Positions 25,596-38,292 of a DNA stretch of 64,000 bases are shown one piece after another (position 1 is the first letter of the stretch; each line of letters opens with the position of its first letter). Below the pieces are notes generated by a model that did no database searches, was not told where the DNA came from, and saw only the letters and a program-made list of their open reading frames with translations. Made by a program: the position numbers and the translations under genes. Source of the DNA: Felis catus (Eukaryota); contig NC_058370.1 in the NCBI RefSeq assembly GCF_018350175.1, positions 34,286,001 through 34,350,000 of the forward strand. Reading direction: 5' to 3'.

Positions 25596-26065
25596 GATCG
25601 AAGCATAAGATATGAGTGCTAAAGGCTGGAGAGGGGGCAGGTAGGTGAGGCAGATTCGTCTCTTTCCCTTGGCAAGGTGAACTGATGGGAACATCTCTTT
25701 CCACCACCCCCTATCCCCATCTCCCATGCCACTCACATGTCCTCACACTCAGACTGACTCTCAGGATTATTTTTTGACCATGGGGCAGGAAGGCATGGTT
25801 CATGATGATTTAGGGACAGCTCATAGTATAGACCGGGGACCCTGACCATGCCCATTATACTTTCAAAATGTCTCAGCATATATATTAAATTGAGCAGTTA
25901 ACGGTTAGCTATCTTGTTGTTTCCACTCCAATTCGATTGATAAAGAATGTGAAAGAAAAAATATCCTAACTGCAGAGAAATCTTCAGGCAGGTCTCAAGA
26001 TAACATGATTTTTTTTTAAAGAGATGACAGTGATATAAAATAATGAAAGGAGATCTGTGGGGATG

Positions 26066-26202
<137 letters not shown>

Positions 26203-27906
26203 TGAGGATTTGACCGTGTCATGGTATCAATTAATTGCCCCAGTTAAAAGTTTCTCTGTTGTAGATGTTGTAAAACACAATAAAACAGCCAGTCCTTCCA
26301 GAAGCCTGTATGCCCTAAACATTTCCACTTTTGTTCAAAGAAGGCAACAGTGAGTAAAAATATAGGCAGTTGGACACGGGATCTTGCTTTCTGTCCTCTA
26401 ATTTTCGTGTTGGTTGAAAAATATATAATGAGGCCAAAGTTTCTGGGTAATTCTAAATAGTTAAAATGTTCTTGAAGTTACTTGGAAACTTCCTGGAGCC
26501 TCATATGCATAAATGAACTAACTCTTAGACATGATGAATAAGACTGTAATTCAAATACTTTATAAGTAATATCACTTCATCCAAAAAGCCAAAGGGTGTG
26601 AAGTCCTTCTATAAATGTTACTAGTGAAGACCCGGGGAAGTTTGGGATCAGTTGTGTGGCCTGTCAATTTGTTTTTGTTTGAAAACCTTACTGAAGAAAT
26701 ACTCAAAGCAGTGTTTGTGATTTTATTTCCTTTTTTTTTTTTTTTGGAAGATTATTTAACAAATGTTGAATAAAGAATATACAAATTTTTTTAAACTTAG
26801 ATTCTGGTTGAGTATACTAACAAACTGCATTGACTTGCCTGTACAGTGGGAAACTACTCTTTATTGTATTCAAATTTTAGTACGTTAAATACTTCCTTTC
26901 TAGCAAAGATAATATTGTCAAATAGGGAAGTACAGGTGCCATTCAGGAACTCTTACCTCTTACCATAATTGATATAAAACTAGCGATTTTCTATTTGAGT
27001 ATCTGCCTGCAACTTTTGTTTTATTCTTTAAAAGTCAAAATACTTTCTTTGACATCAAAAATTATCTGTTGCTGTGGAGAAACAGAAAGAAAAAAAATCA
27101 CCTGGAAGGATCATTCTTCAGATACATAACAGTGCAATATTTGCTGGCAAATTCTGCCATGGAACGAACACCCAAATACTGGTTTTACTGCTGTAGGAGT
27201 TAAGCTGATCTATAGGAAAACGTGAAAAATGAAGACAGAAAAATCTGAATTATTTTCAAGAAGGTTTCTAAATGTGTTTTCATGTGCAAATAGTCTATTA
27301 GTTGTGTTGCTCTCTTCATAATATATCAAATTTTAGTAGTTTGGTCTTTTAATTTTGTAGCAAGCTTATCATTATTAATGCTTCCTTGATGATTCAGAAT
27401 TGTTTAATATTTAGTGTAGGAAAGAAGTTCTTTCTTCTTCTTTCCCCCAAAACATTCCAGCCATGTTTCAGGTAAGCCTGTTAGTTCCAAGAACTGCATT
27501 GATAGCAGAGTTATAAAGTTTGCCTTTAAATGCAAGTTCATTGGCCTAACTTGAAATTTGATGATCAATATTGATGATAAAGACTACTGCTGCCTACACT
27601 CCCGTAGAGCCCCCTTTGTCTGCAGGCATCAGAGGTGGAGTTGGCATCTCTGCCACCTGGAGTTTCTTTCTGGCTTCCCTCTCTCTCTTTTATTGTAGCA
27701 TTCAGCCTGCTGATCAGTTCAGTGTTTCATTTATGGACGCGGTTGGATACGTGTCTATTGAATGAGGATAAATGAATAGAACTAGGGTCTGTGCTATGCT
27801 CAGCTGATAAACCACTATTAGATCCTAAAATATTTCTCTTAAGGACAGACTTGGATACTTGGAATACTCTGACCTTTACTGTTTTGTTTTCTCTTGTTTT
27901 CTTTTG

Positions 27907-27923
27907 CCCCCCCCCCCCCCCCC
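27907..27923. repeat. C17 homopolymer
   Basis: 17 consecutive C. Confidence 0.95.
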
Positions 27924-28187
27924 ACTAAAGATTGCTTTCTCTGTGGATTATCTGTGTCCTTGGCATTTTTCCACTCTGTTCCTTGCTGGTGTTCAAGAAC
28001 TTCAGTCTACTTTAATATTTTAAAACCTGGGTTCTGTTGTGTGACCTTCCTGAGACTCAGGCTTCCTCATTGGCTACATGGTGATAATGATAACAACAAC
28101 AATAATAGTAACTAAGATAATAATGAATGGGCACTTTGTATCATTACTATAATGGCTAAATTAAATAATTCCTTAGGAAATCTTTAG

Positions 28188-28360
28188 CAGAGGAGTTCTC
28201 AAATTTGACTGCCTGTGGAATCACCTCAAAAGCTTTAAAAAATGGTAATGTCTGTTTCCTAATCCCAAAGATTCTGGTGCTACAAGATTCTAACTGGTGT
28301 TGTAGTGTGGATATCAGGGCTTTTGAAAAGCAGCTTTGTAGCAAAATTTGAGCACCACTG
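28188..28360 (+). mobile_element. MER5B-like MITE
   Basis: gttctcaaatttgactgc...gaatcacct...tttgagcaccactg. Confidence 0.7.
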
Positions 28361-28624
28361 ACTTAACAGATCACTGCTATTTAATAGGCACTCATTAAAT
28401 ATTAGCCACTATTGTTGGTATTATCATTGTTATTTTTATATTTAATATTATTAAAAAATTTCAATCATATTTGCAGGAAGTCAGGTTTTAATTTCACTTT
28501 ATGTGGAAAAGTGTATGTTGTAAAGAGAGATTGGATTGTGGGGCTTGGATGAAAGTGGCTTTGTGGATTGATAGGCAAGAAAGAAGTTGATATGACTCTC
28601 AGTTTAGAAGTCGTTAAGCTGCAA

Positions 28625-28838
28625 GGAGAGCCTGGGCGGCTCAGTCAGTTAAGCATCTGACTCCTGATTTCAGCTCAGGTCATGACCTGGCAGTTCGTGG
28701 GAGCAAGCCCCACATCAGGCTCTGTGCTGACAGCATGGGGCCTGCTTGGGATTCTCTCTCCCTCTCTCTCTCTGCTGCTTCCCTACTTGCTTGCTCTCTC
28801 TTTCTCTCTCTCGCTCAAAATAAATAAACTTAAAAAAA
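28625..28838 (+). mobile_element. Can-SINE
   Basis: Degenerate TSD aagtcgttaagctgcaa / aagtctttaagttgcaa. Confidence 0.96.
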
Positions 28839-29937
28839 AAGTCTTTAAGTTGCAAAAGAAAACCCCAGCTCAAACTGGATAAATGATTAAAAAGAAAACT
28901 TACTAGAAATGATTGGAATGTATTGAAAATTCCAGTGGAAGTCTCACTCAGCTGCTCAAAGACTATCACCAGGGAACAGATACTTCTTTCTCTTGCCAGT
29001 CTGGCTTCCAAGGTGCCAGAGGCAATTCCTCTTCCATCCTCAGAATCCCGTTGGTGGCCATCCTCCACTCACCATCACTGGCACCTCCCGGGTCCCCCAC
29101 GTTAGCAGCAGTTCAGTATGGGGACCAAAAGAGAAACAAGCTTCCCACGTATAACCACCTTGTAGAAGGAGGCCTATGGCCGGAGGAGGAAAACCAAATA
29201 AGAGGAGACCATAGTGTTGGCTGGAACAAAAGCAGTAGGACTGATAGCATAAGAATAAAAAGTGTCAGGATAGCAGTATGGAGTGAGACAAGCCCAGTAA
29301 GGATGAGGAGTCAATGGAACATGAAGACAGATTGAGTGGAAGACTTTCTGCAGGGGTTTACAGACCATCAAGGAAGGAAGAACATGTGTGGAGCAGATAT
29401 TATTTATCAAAATACTCAGGCACCCTTCAAATATTTATCTGTGCATGCATATTATTATTTTTGTTTTCCACAGCATCTCATTACATAAAAATTCACAATC
29501 TAGCTGAAGACGAACTGTTTTCTATGCCTGCTGTGATTGGAAATAACATTTAGAAGAAATGGAGAAGTGTCTATGTGTTGCCCTGTTAATGAATTTTAAA
29601 TGTCGACTACCAGCACAGTATATGAAATTCCAGATCGGCTTTTCTGTATACAGCCTTTGTCCTAGTTATCAGTTTCAAAATTTCTCACTGGAGAGAAATT
29701 GGAAGATTTTTATCCACATATAAAAACGTAAAAGAAAAAAAAAACATCTTGTCCTTTGAAATCTAAAAAAATGTATTTATGTTTCCTTCTTTGCTCTCTC
29801 TCTCCCTGCCTCCCAGGCTTATAAAGCACGTGTAGAGACAAGGTGCTCTCGGATGTGCCTCTTGCATGTGCTGGGTACACATATTCTCTGCATGTTCATT
29901 TCAAAAGGAGCTTTTTTAAAAAAGTAAAGTTTATCCC

Positions 29938-30161
29938 TGTGGTTTCTCTGGGTTGCTGACCCAGCAGATCAGTTTAGTGGCACATGTACAGCATTAATAA
30001 AATGAAATAGATCTGGCTAGAATGAATGAAAAATATCAGCGTTTTGTGCAGAATAAGTTTGTTTGGTGAAACTTCTTTCATGCATGTGAATATATGTTCT
30101 GGATCAACAAAAAGTGCATTTTTTACTCTACACCATGTCATAAAGGTTTAAAAATGCTGCT
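29938..30161 (+). mobile_element. hAT-Charlie-type MITE (MER112-like, uncertain)
   Basis: gtggtttctc...gaccc...tttagtgg...aaaatgaaataga...aaaatatcag...gtgaaactt. Confidence 0.5.
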
Positions 30162-30570
30162 GAGAAAGATAGTTTCTTTATCCTCAGGATTCTCAGGATG
30201 TATTCTATCTATAGGTGTATTTGAAAAGTAGATGGAGCCAGAAAACTGGAGATGTGGGTTTGGATGCCAGCTCAGTCAGTAACCTACTTCTCTCTGTGCC
30301 TCTACTTCCTCATCGATGAAATGGGGCATGTGGGGGCCACAGGGTTTTAGGTGTGGAAGTTGGGTTAACCCTTGATTCCAACTTTTAAAATGAGAAGCTA
30401 ATCAAGCCAAGGCACTCCGTCTTGTAGATTATAAAATTAATGTTGAACAAGTTTGTATCAACTAAAACTTCTTGCCTTGGTCATAGGAAACAAGGTGCAC
30501 TTAGTAAAATATCAGGTCACATTCTAACCAAGGTAAGGTGCAATGCAAACAAAAATAAAAGGCAGGAAGA

Positions 30571-30780
30571 GGGGCGCCTGGGTGGCTCAGTTGGTTAAGC
30601 GCCAGACTTCAGCTCAGGTCATGATCTCTTGGTTCGTGGGTTTGAGCGTCGGGCTCTGTGCTGACAGCTCAGAGCCTGGAGCCTGCTTCAGATTCTGTGT
30701 CTCCCTCTCTCTGACCCTCTCCAACTCTCACTCTCTCTCTCTCTCAAAAATAAATAAACATTGAAAAGTTAAAAAAAAAA
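30571..30780 (+). mobile_element. Can-SINE
   Basis: Full head to A tail; degenerate TSD aaaaggcaggaag / aaaagggaaggaag. Confidence 0.96.
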
Positions 30781-32369
30781 GGGAAGGAAGGAAGAAAGAA
30801 AGATTTATGCCGAACTTTGCATGTGGCTTCTCGAAAGCAATTGTAGGATTGCTGTGGACTCCATAGAGACTGTGTACTTAAGGAGGCTCTCCTAGGCTTT
30901 GAACATGAAAACTCTGTTGTTGACATTCACTCTCAATAATACTTGCAGCAATGCCACTGAAAAATATTTCTATAGTTTAACTTCTAAATTGTGTTTCGTC
31001 CAAAGAAAACTGCTTCATGTGCTTTGCTGACAATTAACCAATTCATTCTATTGATAAAGGGCAGTTTATTTCAGATGTGTAATGTTAATTGGAATACAGA
31101 TTCCTGGTAAATATCTAGATTACAATTAAGTTCTACGTGGCAAGTAGTATCACTACAACCACATAAGGCAGATTAGAGTAAAATGAAATTTTAAAAATTG
31201 ATCATTTTTAGTTTTCTGAAACCCCAAATGAAAATGATGGCTTTTAAAATCATTAAATGCAAAAAATAAATAAGATAAGATAAAATAAAATAATTAAAAG
31301 CATATTTGGAAAGGAACATACACCACAGTGCCTAGCCCTACAAGCAGACTCCAGCATCGCACTGGGGGGTGGGGGGCAGGTAACAGATCAGTCCCACTGG
31401 GACCCATAAAACAGGACAGAGATCATTGACCATGAGTGGTGGAGAGGCTTGCTGCTTTGTTGAGTCATCATGGAGTATGTTCTCTTTTTAAGATGAGGTG
31501 ATAGGAGTAGAGATATTAATTAAGAAAAGGAAGAGCATTCCAGGCAGAGGGCAGAGCAAGAGTAAAGGTGCTGACGTGGGAACATAGTTGGTATATTTGA
31601 GGAATAGCAAGGAAGCCAGTTGTCTACAGTGGTGTGCAAGAGAGAAAGGATGATGAAATCAGAGAGGTAGCCAGGGACCACATTATTCTGGCCCTGTAGA
31701 CCAGGCTAATGACTGTGGCTTTTTCTTCTGCGAGAACGAAGAAGGGATCTGAGAGTTCTGAATAGAGTAGTGACAAGATCTGATTTTGCTTTTCAAAACA
31801 TCACTTGCCACTGCATGGAGCATAGACCATGGAAGAGAAAGGAAGAAGTAGGGACGCCAACCAAATGGCTATTGCTAATATCCTGAGTGGTGCTGATAAT
31901 TATATTAACTGCGAGATGTAAAGGTAAGGGGGAGAAAGAATGTCAGAATCTGAATTTGAAGGTGGCACCACAAGGTTTGTTAATGTGTGGGATGTGAGGT
32001 ATGAAAAAAGGATTCAAGAACAATGCTTAGTGTTTGGACCTGGAAAAGTGGAAGGACTGAGCTGTTGTGTCCTAAGCTGGGAAGGAAGAAAGAAACACAT
32101 TTAAATAGAAAAATTCAGAGTTTTGCTTCTTTGTTTGTTTGTTTTTGGATATTTAATGTTTGAGGTGTCTGTTCCACTTATACCTGATGATGTTGTATTT
32201 GGATATACAGATCTGCTGTTCAGGGGAAAGGTTGGCCATGGAGTTGTAAGTGAATATTTAAATCTCAAAGCTAAATGAGGACTCTTAAGGAATGTAGGTG
32301 TAGAAGAAAGCAAGGTGATGTCTGAGCCCTGGGACCTCCAGCATTTAAACTTTTAAAAAATGGAAAAGT

Positions 32370-32530
32370 AGGACGCCTGTGTGACTGTCAGTTGAGTGTC
32401 GACTTCAGCCTCAGTCTTGATATCATGGTTCACGAGTTCGAGCCCCACATCAGGCTCTGTGCTGACAGTTCAGAGCCTGGAGCCTGCTTTGTGGATTCGG
32501 ATTCTGTGCCCCCCCCTGCCCCTCCCTCAC

Positions 32531-32583
<53 letters not shown>

Positions 32584-32600
32584 AATAAATAAAACATTTT
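32370..32600 (+). mobile_element. Can-SINE
   Basis: ggacgcctgtgtg...(CT)n...A tail; TSD-like aaaaaatgga. Confidence 0.95.
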
Positions 32601-32644
32601 AAAAAATGGATGAAAAAGAGTCAGGAAAGAGGCCAAGAATGGTA

Positions 32645-33140
32645 TATAACTAAGAGAACTGAAAACAGGGGCTTCAAACAGGTATCTGTATACCAGTGTT
32701 TATAGTGGCATTATTCACAATATATATGTACCACAGTGGATTATTATTTAACCTATAAAGAAATGAAATTCTGACACAGGCTCTACATGGGTACACCTTA
32801 AAGACACTATGCTAAATGAAATAAACTGGACACAAAAGGACACATACTGTATGATTTCACTTATATGAGGTAACTAGAGTAGGCAAATCCATACAGCCAG
32901 AAAGTAGAATGGCAGTTTCCAGGGGCTGGGAGGAGACAAGAATGAGAGAATGGGAAGTTATTACTTAATGGGTACAGAGTTTGTTATGACAACATTAAAA
33001 AGTTCTGGAGGTGAATGGTGGTTAATGATTGCATAACGCAACAATGACTATTACCTAATGTCACTAACCTATACACTTGAAAATCATTAAAATGGTAAAC
33101 TATGGCATGCATATTTTACCACAATTTAAAAAAAAAAAAG
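32645..33140 (+). mobile_element. L1MB-like 3' end
   Basis: cacaaaaggacacatactgtatgatttcacttatatgagg...cagaaagtagaatgg...attttaccacaatttaaaaaaa. Confidence 0.9.
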
Positions 33141-34835
33141 GAAAAAAGGAAAAGACAGAAGGAACAACCAGTGAGGACAAGAATCAGAAGAGAGTATTTT
33201 CTGGACATCTAAAAAAGGATTTCAAGAAGGAGGGAGTAGTCATTTAGATAAAATGGTGGAATTTCCTTCTAGCTTTTTCTTCTCACTTTTGTACACTTTT
33301 AATTTTATTGAAGTTACCATTTTATATACGCTTTATTTTTTCCCACATATTATCAGCCTTCCCTGCTAATATCCAAAATAGGCTATTTATTTAAGGGTTG
33401 TCGAATCCCAAATAGCTCATCATAGGATCCGGATGCCAATATATAAATCTCATAATGAGCTGTTATTTGGATGTTCTACAACAGTGGTTTCAATGAATCA
33501 TCTATGAGGCCGGGAGTTGAAATGAGTGCTTTATTTATTGTCCCCCTTTGCTGATTATAAGCTATTTCCCTAACTTTGTACAGTTTCCACCATTGTGTGA
33601 AGCCACGGTCATAAAATTTGTTACAGATATTTGAAGTTGAGGGAAGAAGAGAACCTTTTGTAGAATAAAATAAAGGTTTCTCTCTTTTTCTCTCAATCGC
33701 TAAGGAGCTCTACCTTCAGCCCGTATATTCTTGGTTCTAACTATTTCTCAACTTACCTGACATGATGCAAGAATTTTTGTTTGTTTGTTGTCATCCTGCT
33801 TCCATAAAAGTATTTATTTACATCTTTACTAAATGGACAAAAATAGAGCTTAAAACTTCACAGAATTATCTGTGTATGTGTAATGGTTTTGACAGCCAGT
33901 CACATTTATCTCCAGATGTAAATTATATGGCATGGTTCCTTTTTCATGTTCATTAAATTCCATAGATGTCAGTGGTTTGGTTTCCTTGGAAACAAAAACC
34001 TTTATATAACTAGTCAGAGATTTGGTAGCAGAAATATCAGGATGCCGAGGGGGGTAAGGAATGGTTCCTTCGGTAGATACATATTTGCATTTAAAACTCT
34101 TCTGCCTTTTCCATGTTCCTCTCACCCTTATGGCCATTCAATAGTGAACAAGAGAAGGTTTTAAAAGCTACCATTAAAGTATAGAATATCTTTTCTAATG
34201 GTTAAAAGCTTTTCACGTTTATTTTCAAACAATCACAGACAGGCTAAGTCTTTTCTGGGATGTTGGTGTAAATTCCCAAATTTGAGAAGAGTGTGTCTCT
34301 TATCAAGAGTTAAGTTAGATTTGAACATTTGAGCAATGGCTACATAACTCAGTATATATGTATATTCATCTGTAAAATACTAACTGAACATGTGTGTGGC
34401 TGAATAAAGATTCTATGTTTTATATAATAGCAAGTGTGTGTCTTTAGCACCCCACTGTCAAAGAGTTCGAAAGCTCCCTGATGGGTTGTGGAGAGTGAAC
34501 AGGGGACCACAGTTCTGCCAAGGGGGAAGAGCAGGCTAAGGTCATGGCAGCCATGGACGTTCTCATTGGTCAGGGTGGACCCCTTGTTGAAGACAAGGTT
34601 AGTAATATGTTACTTAAACCTCACGTCTTTTCAGAAGGCTGTGACTCATTTTATCATTGCTCCTATCTGGTATAATTTCAATCTAAACCCAATTTGTTCT
34701 ACATGTAATGGTATAGTGTTGCATTTTGAAAATGTTTCTCAATTTTATTTCTTTCAAATGCAATAATACGCCATCTTGTGGAAATATCTGATATTTATTT
34801 CTTAAATTAATTCTGCATGGTGAACTGCCCTCTGA

Positions 34836-35021
34836 AGGGTTTTTAATCTTGAGTTCTAATGCAGAGATATGAGAAGTACTTGGGGAGCTTTTAAAATCTC
34901 CATGTCCAGGCCACACCCTGGATCAGTTGAATCAAAATGTCTGGTGTGGGGCTCAAGCACCAATATTTTTCTTTAAAATTTCCCACAGTTTCCTGTGTTT
35001 GGCAAAGTTTGAAAACAATTA
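34836..35021 (+). mobile_element. MER5B-like MITE
   Basis: ggggagcttttaaaa...ccaggccacaccc...aaagtttgaaaaca. Confidence 0.7.
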
Positions 35022-35196
35022 CTCTAAGGAAAAAGAGCACCAGGTTAAATGGATGGTCTCTCTTTTTTTAAAATAGGGATTTTATGTGGTAAGGTATTGA
35101 GAATTTTCCTAGAGTGTTTGTCAAAAAGACTAGTTTTTAGTATACTTTCCCTTAAACTTGATTGGCTTTAGTTAACATAAAGTATGTCAAGGTGCT

Positions 35197-35573
35197 TGTA
35201 TTAATCTCCTCTGACAAAGTACCACAGACTAGGTGGTTTAAATAACAGAAATGTATTTCCTCATAGTTCTGGAGGTTGGAACGGATCTAGGTATCAGCAA
35301 GGTTGTTTTCTTCTGAAGTCTGTCACCTTGGCTTCTGGATGGCTGTCTTCCTTCTTTGTCCTCACATGGTCTTCTCTCTGAACCAATCAATGTCCTAATC
35401 TCCTCTTGTTGTAAGGACACCCATCCTATCATAGTAGGTCCCATCCTGAAGGCTTCATTTTAACTTAATTACCTCTTTAAAGAGCTTATCCCAGAATAGA
35501 GTCACATTCTGAAGTGCCAGAGATTAGGACTTCAACACATGAATTTTGTGGGGACACAATTCAGCCTATGACA
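35197..35573 (-). mobile_element. MaLR solo LTR (MLT1A0-like)
   Basis: tgtatta...aagtaccacagactaggtgg...ttaattacctctttaaag...ggggacacaattcagcctatgaca. Confidence 0.92.
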
Positions 35574-35869
35574 GCATTTCCTTATTACATTCCAAAGCAA
35601 GTTCATGATTTACTTCTGTATTGGGAATACTACTGTAAGATTATTTAAAAATTGATCTAATATAAATAGATTTGTTCTTTATAATCAATATGATTGTCAA
35701 AGTGGATAAAATGGGCAGTAGGAATCATTTCAGAAATAGGCATTATTGCTTTTTAGAAGTGCCTTTATGTCAGAATGTTTTTTTTTTCTTATTACCCACA
35801 CATTCGTACTCATTTTTTGTATGCCAGAGCACCCAACATGTATCCTTGTGCATTGTAAGTGTTTAATAA

Positions 35870-36110
35870 AGTATAGTCATTAAGTGCACAAGCTGTTAGG
35901 TCAGATGGCCAAGACTCAAAGCCAATAACCAGCTATCGAACTCAGCAAGTTATTCAACACCTCTGAGACTTGGTTTGCCCATCTGAATTATGGAAAGAAT
36001 CTCCATGTTTTCCTTACCTGCTTGCCGCAAGACTCAATGATAAAATGCATCTAAAATACCACAGCCTTCGCATCTGTTGTATATGATGAATACATTTTAC
36101 CTATCATTAT
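35870..36110 (+). mobile_element. MIR fragment
   Basis: gcaagttattcaacacctctgagacttggtttgcccatctg (MIR core). Confidence 0.6.
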
Positions 36111-36418
36111 GGATGAGTTTTAGTAAGTGAATAAAATACATCTATCACTGATGTTCATATGATGTGTTGTAGTAGCAAAACCAAGATAGAGTTGGATAAT
36201 TTACCTATTTATGGTGGAATTCCGTGCACTACTCTGGATTGCTTCAGAATGACAGATTTACACCTTTGTAGCTCTGGTGTTTATACCTAGCAGTGGAAAT
36301 CTGTTTTTATATGTTAACTGTACAAATACAAAATTGAAGCACATTTATCATTGCAGCCAAACACCTGCCCACAGAGGGCCATCAGCAATCTATTTGCATT
36401 AAGACTTACTGTTTTTTT

Positions 36419-36639
36419 GGGGGCACCTGGGTGGCTCAGTCGGTTAAGCGGCCGACTTCAGCTCAGGTCATGATCTCTCAGTCTGTGGGTTTGAGCCCCG
36501 CATCAGGCTCTGTGCTGACAGCTCAGAGCCTGGGGCCTGTTTCAGATTCTGTGTCTCCCTCTCTCTCTGCTCCTCCCCCACTCGCGCGCTCTCTCTGTCA
36601 CTCATAAATGAATAAACGTTTAAAAAAAAACATTAAAAA
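36419..36639 (+). mobile_element. Can-SINE
   Basis: TSD aagacttactgtttt. Confidence 0.98.
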
Positions 36640-38180
36640 AAGACTTACTGTTTTGTTTTGTTTTTTTCTAAAAACTGTCTAGATTTTTCCAAAGGTTAAA
36701 TCGATTTTCTCAACCATCAAAATAATTTCAGAGCAATTTACTTACAGTTGAGAACATGTTGACATATTTTTCTACATTATGAAGCCATGGACGCAAAATC
36801 TGAAACAGTATTTTGAAATGGAAGAACACAATTTTGGGGTCAAAGAGACCCAGATTCAAATCCCAGTGCACACATTAACTGAGAGATGCCAGGAAGGTTT
36901 CTTAGTTTTTTTATGCAGTGATAACTCCTGCAAGGATAGGGTTGTCTGGTGAGGTGGATTATGGTTCATAACAAGACACAAATCGTAGTGTCGTATACTT
37001 TGGGAGCTCACTCATGGCTACTTAACTATCTGCCTTATGTTCACTTTTCAATTTATTCTTCTTAGCACTTATTGTAGTGTCTGATAGATAATTAAACATA
37101 TATAGAATTTAAATTGTTTCCTTTACAAAGAGTATGTCCTACAGTAATTTGGCATGCAGTTTGACACCTGGTTCAACAGGGGAAAAAACTGGAAGGCAAT
37201 TTGACATGTGATGTGAACAGGAGAAAAAGTCTGGGGAGGGACGGTAATATTTATGTCTATCGTGGAGTTATTGTGACAGTCAAATAATATACATACCTGA
37301 AATGGCTTTGCCAGCCATAAAGTGTGATAGAGTGGTATTCATTTGTGAGGCAGCTTGGTAGAGTGGAAGGAACTTAAGAGTATGTGCTCGTTTATTCTGA
37401 GAAATTCATTTTCATCATCTTTGAATGGGAAATGGCTGAAAATTCTTACGTTTATTCTATTTACCATAAAAACATGAAATCCTGCATTGCACACTTTGGG
37501 TATGATACCTGACACAAAGTAGGTATGTTTGGGGAGGAAAGAAGACTTGCAGCATAGTTTTTTTGGTTTTTGTCCTCTTTTCTGAATGTGAACACAACAT
37601 CTGTAGCTGTCTAAAATGCGAAATTTCAAGTACCCAGAGAAATAGTATTGATCTTATTTAAAAAGTGCCAATTAAAAGTCAAAATCATGTAGTAAAATTT
37701 GCTTCTTCACAGATCTTTGTTAATGGTAGAAATGAAATTTTCTAAGACTGCTGAAATTAATGTGTGCAGAGATTTCTAGGACATGGATTAACCGAACTAA
37801 GCAGAATATTTGTTGGTGTTTAACTGTGAACAGGATCACTGGGTCTAACAGGTCAGAATTCACCTTTCAGCTTCACTCACCAAGACATTTTCTCTGTGCC
37901 TTTTGGTACTTCATCATTCAGATGTTTCTTGACATTTTAATTTGTATCCAGGTATTACCGATTTCAGGTTAAGACCAGTGGCGCTGGAAGAATTTGCTGA
38001 TCACTGTTAACCATAAATGGGCATAACCCTGTGAAGAGTCACTTTATCTTCTCTCAAGAACAGAGAATACTTTTTAAAAACAGTAACTCAACATTTCTCC
38101 AAGTGAATTCCTTGGAATACTAACAGGTGTTTTCAGATAAAAGTGTTGTCTGGTCAAATATGTTGGGAAGATGCTTGTTT

Positions 38181-38181
<1 letters not shown>

Positions 38182-38214
<33 letters not shown>

Positions 38215-38292
38215 TACAGAACTTCTCATAGACTGATGTGTTGGACATGGATTGGGGCCAGTTTCCTTTTTTTTTTTTTTTTTTTTTTTTTT
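38182..38292. repeat. Paired poly-T tracts (T31 at 38182-38212, T26 at 38267-38292)
   Basis: Direct count. Confidence 0.95.

Larger units (their letters stand above)
31490..33260 (-). mobile_element. L2 fragment split by a SINE and an L1
   Basis: gagcattccaggcagaggg, ttgaggaatagcaaggaagccagt, gagccctgggacctccagcatttaaa; resumes at about 33150 (tttcaagaaggagggagtagtca). Confidence 0.8.

Noticed and set aside
28913-29335. 140-aa plus-strand ORF
   Set aside because: No recognisable homology or splice context; probably old repeat-derived sequence
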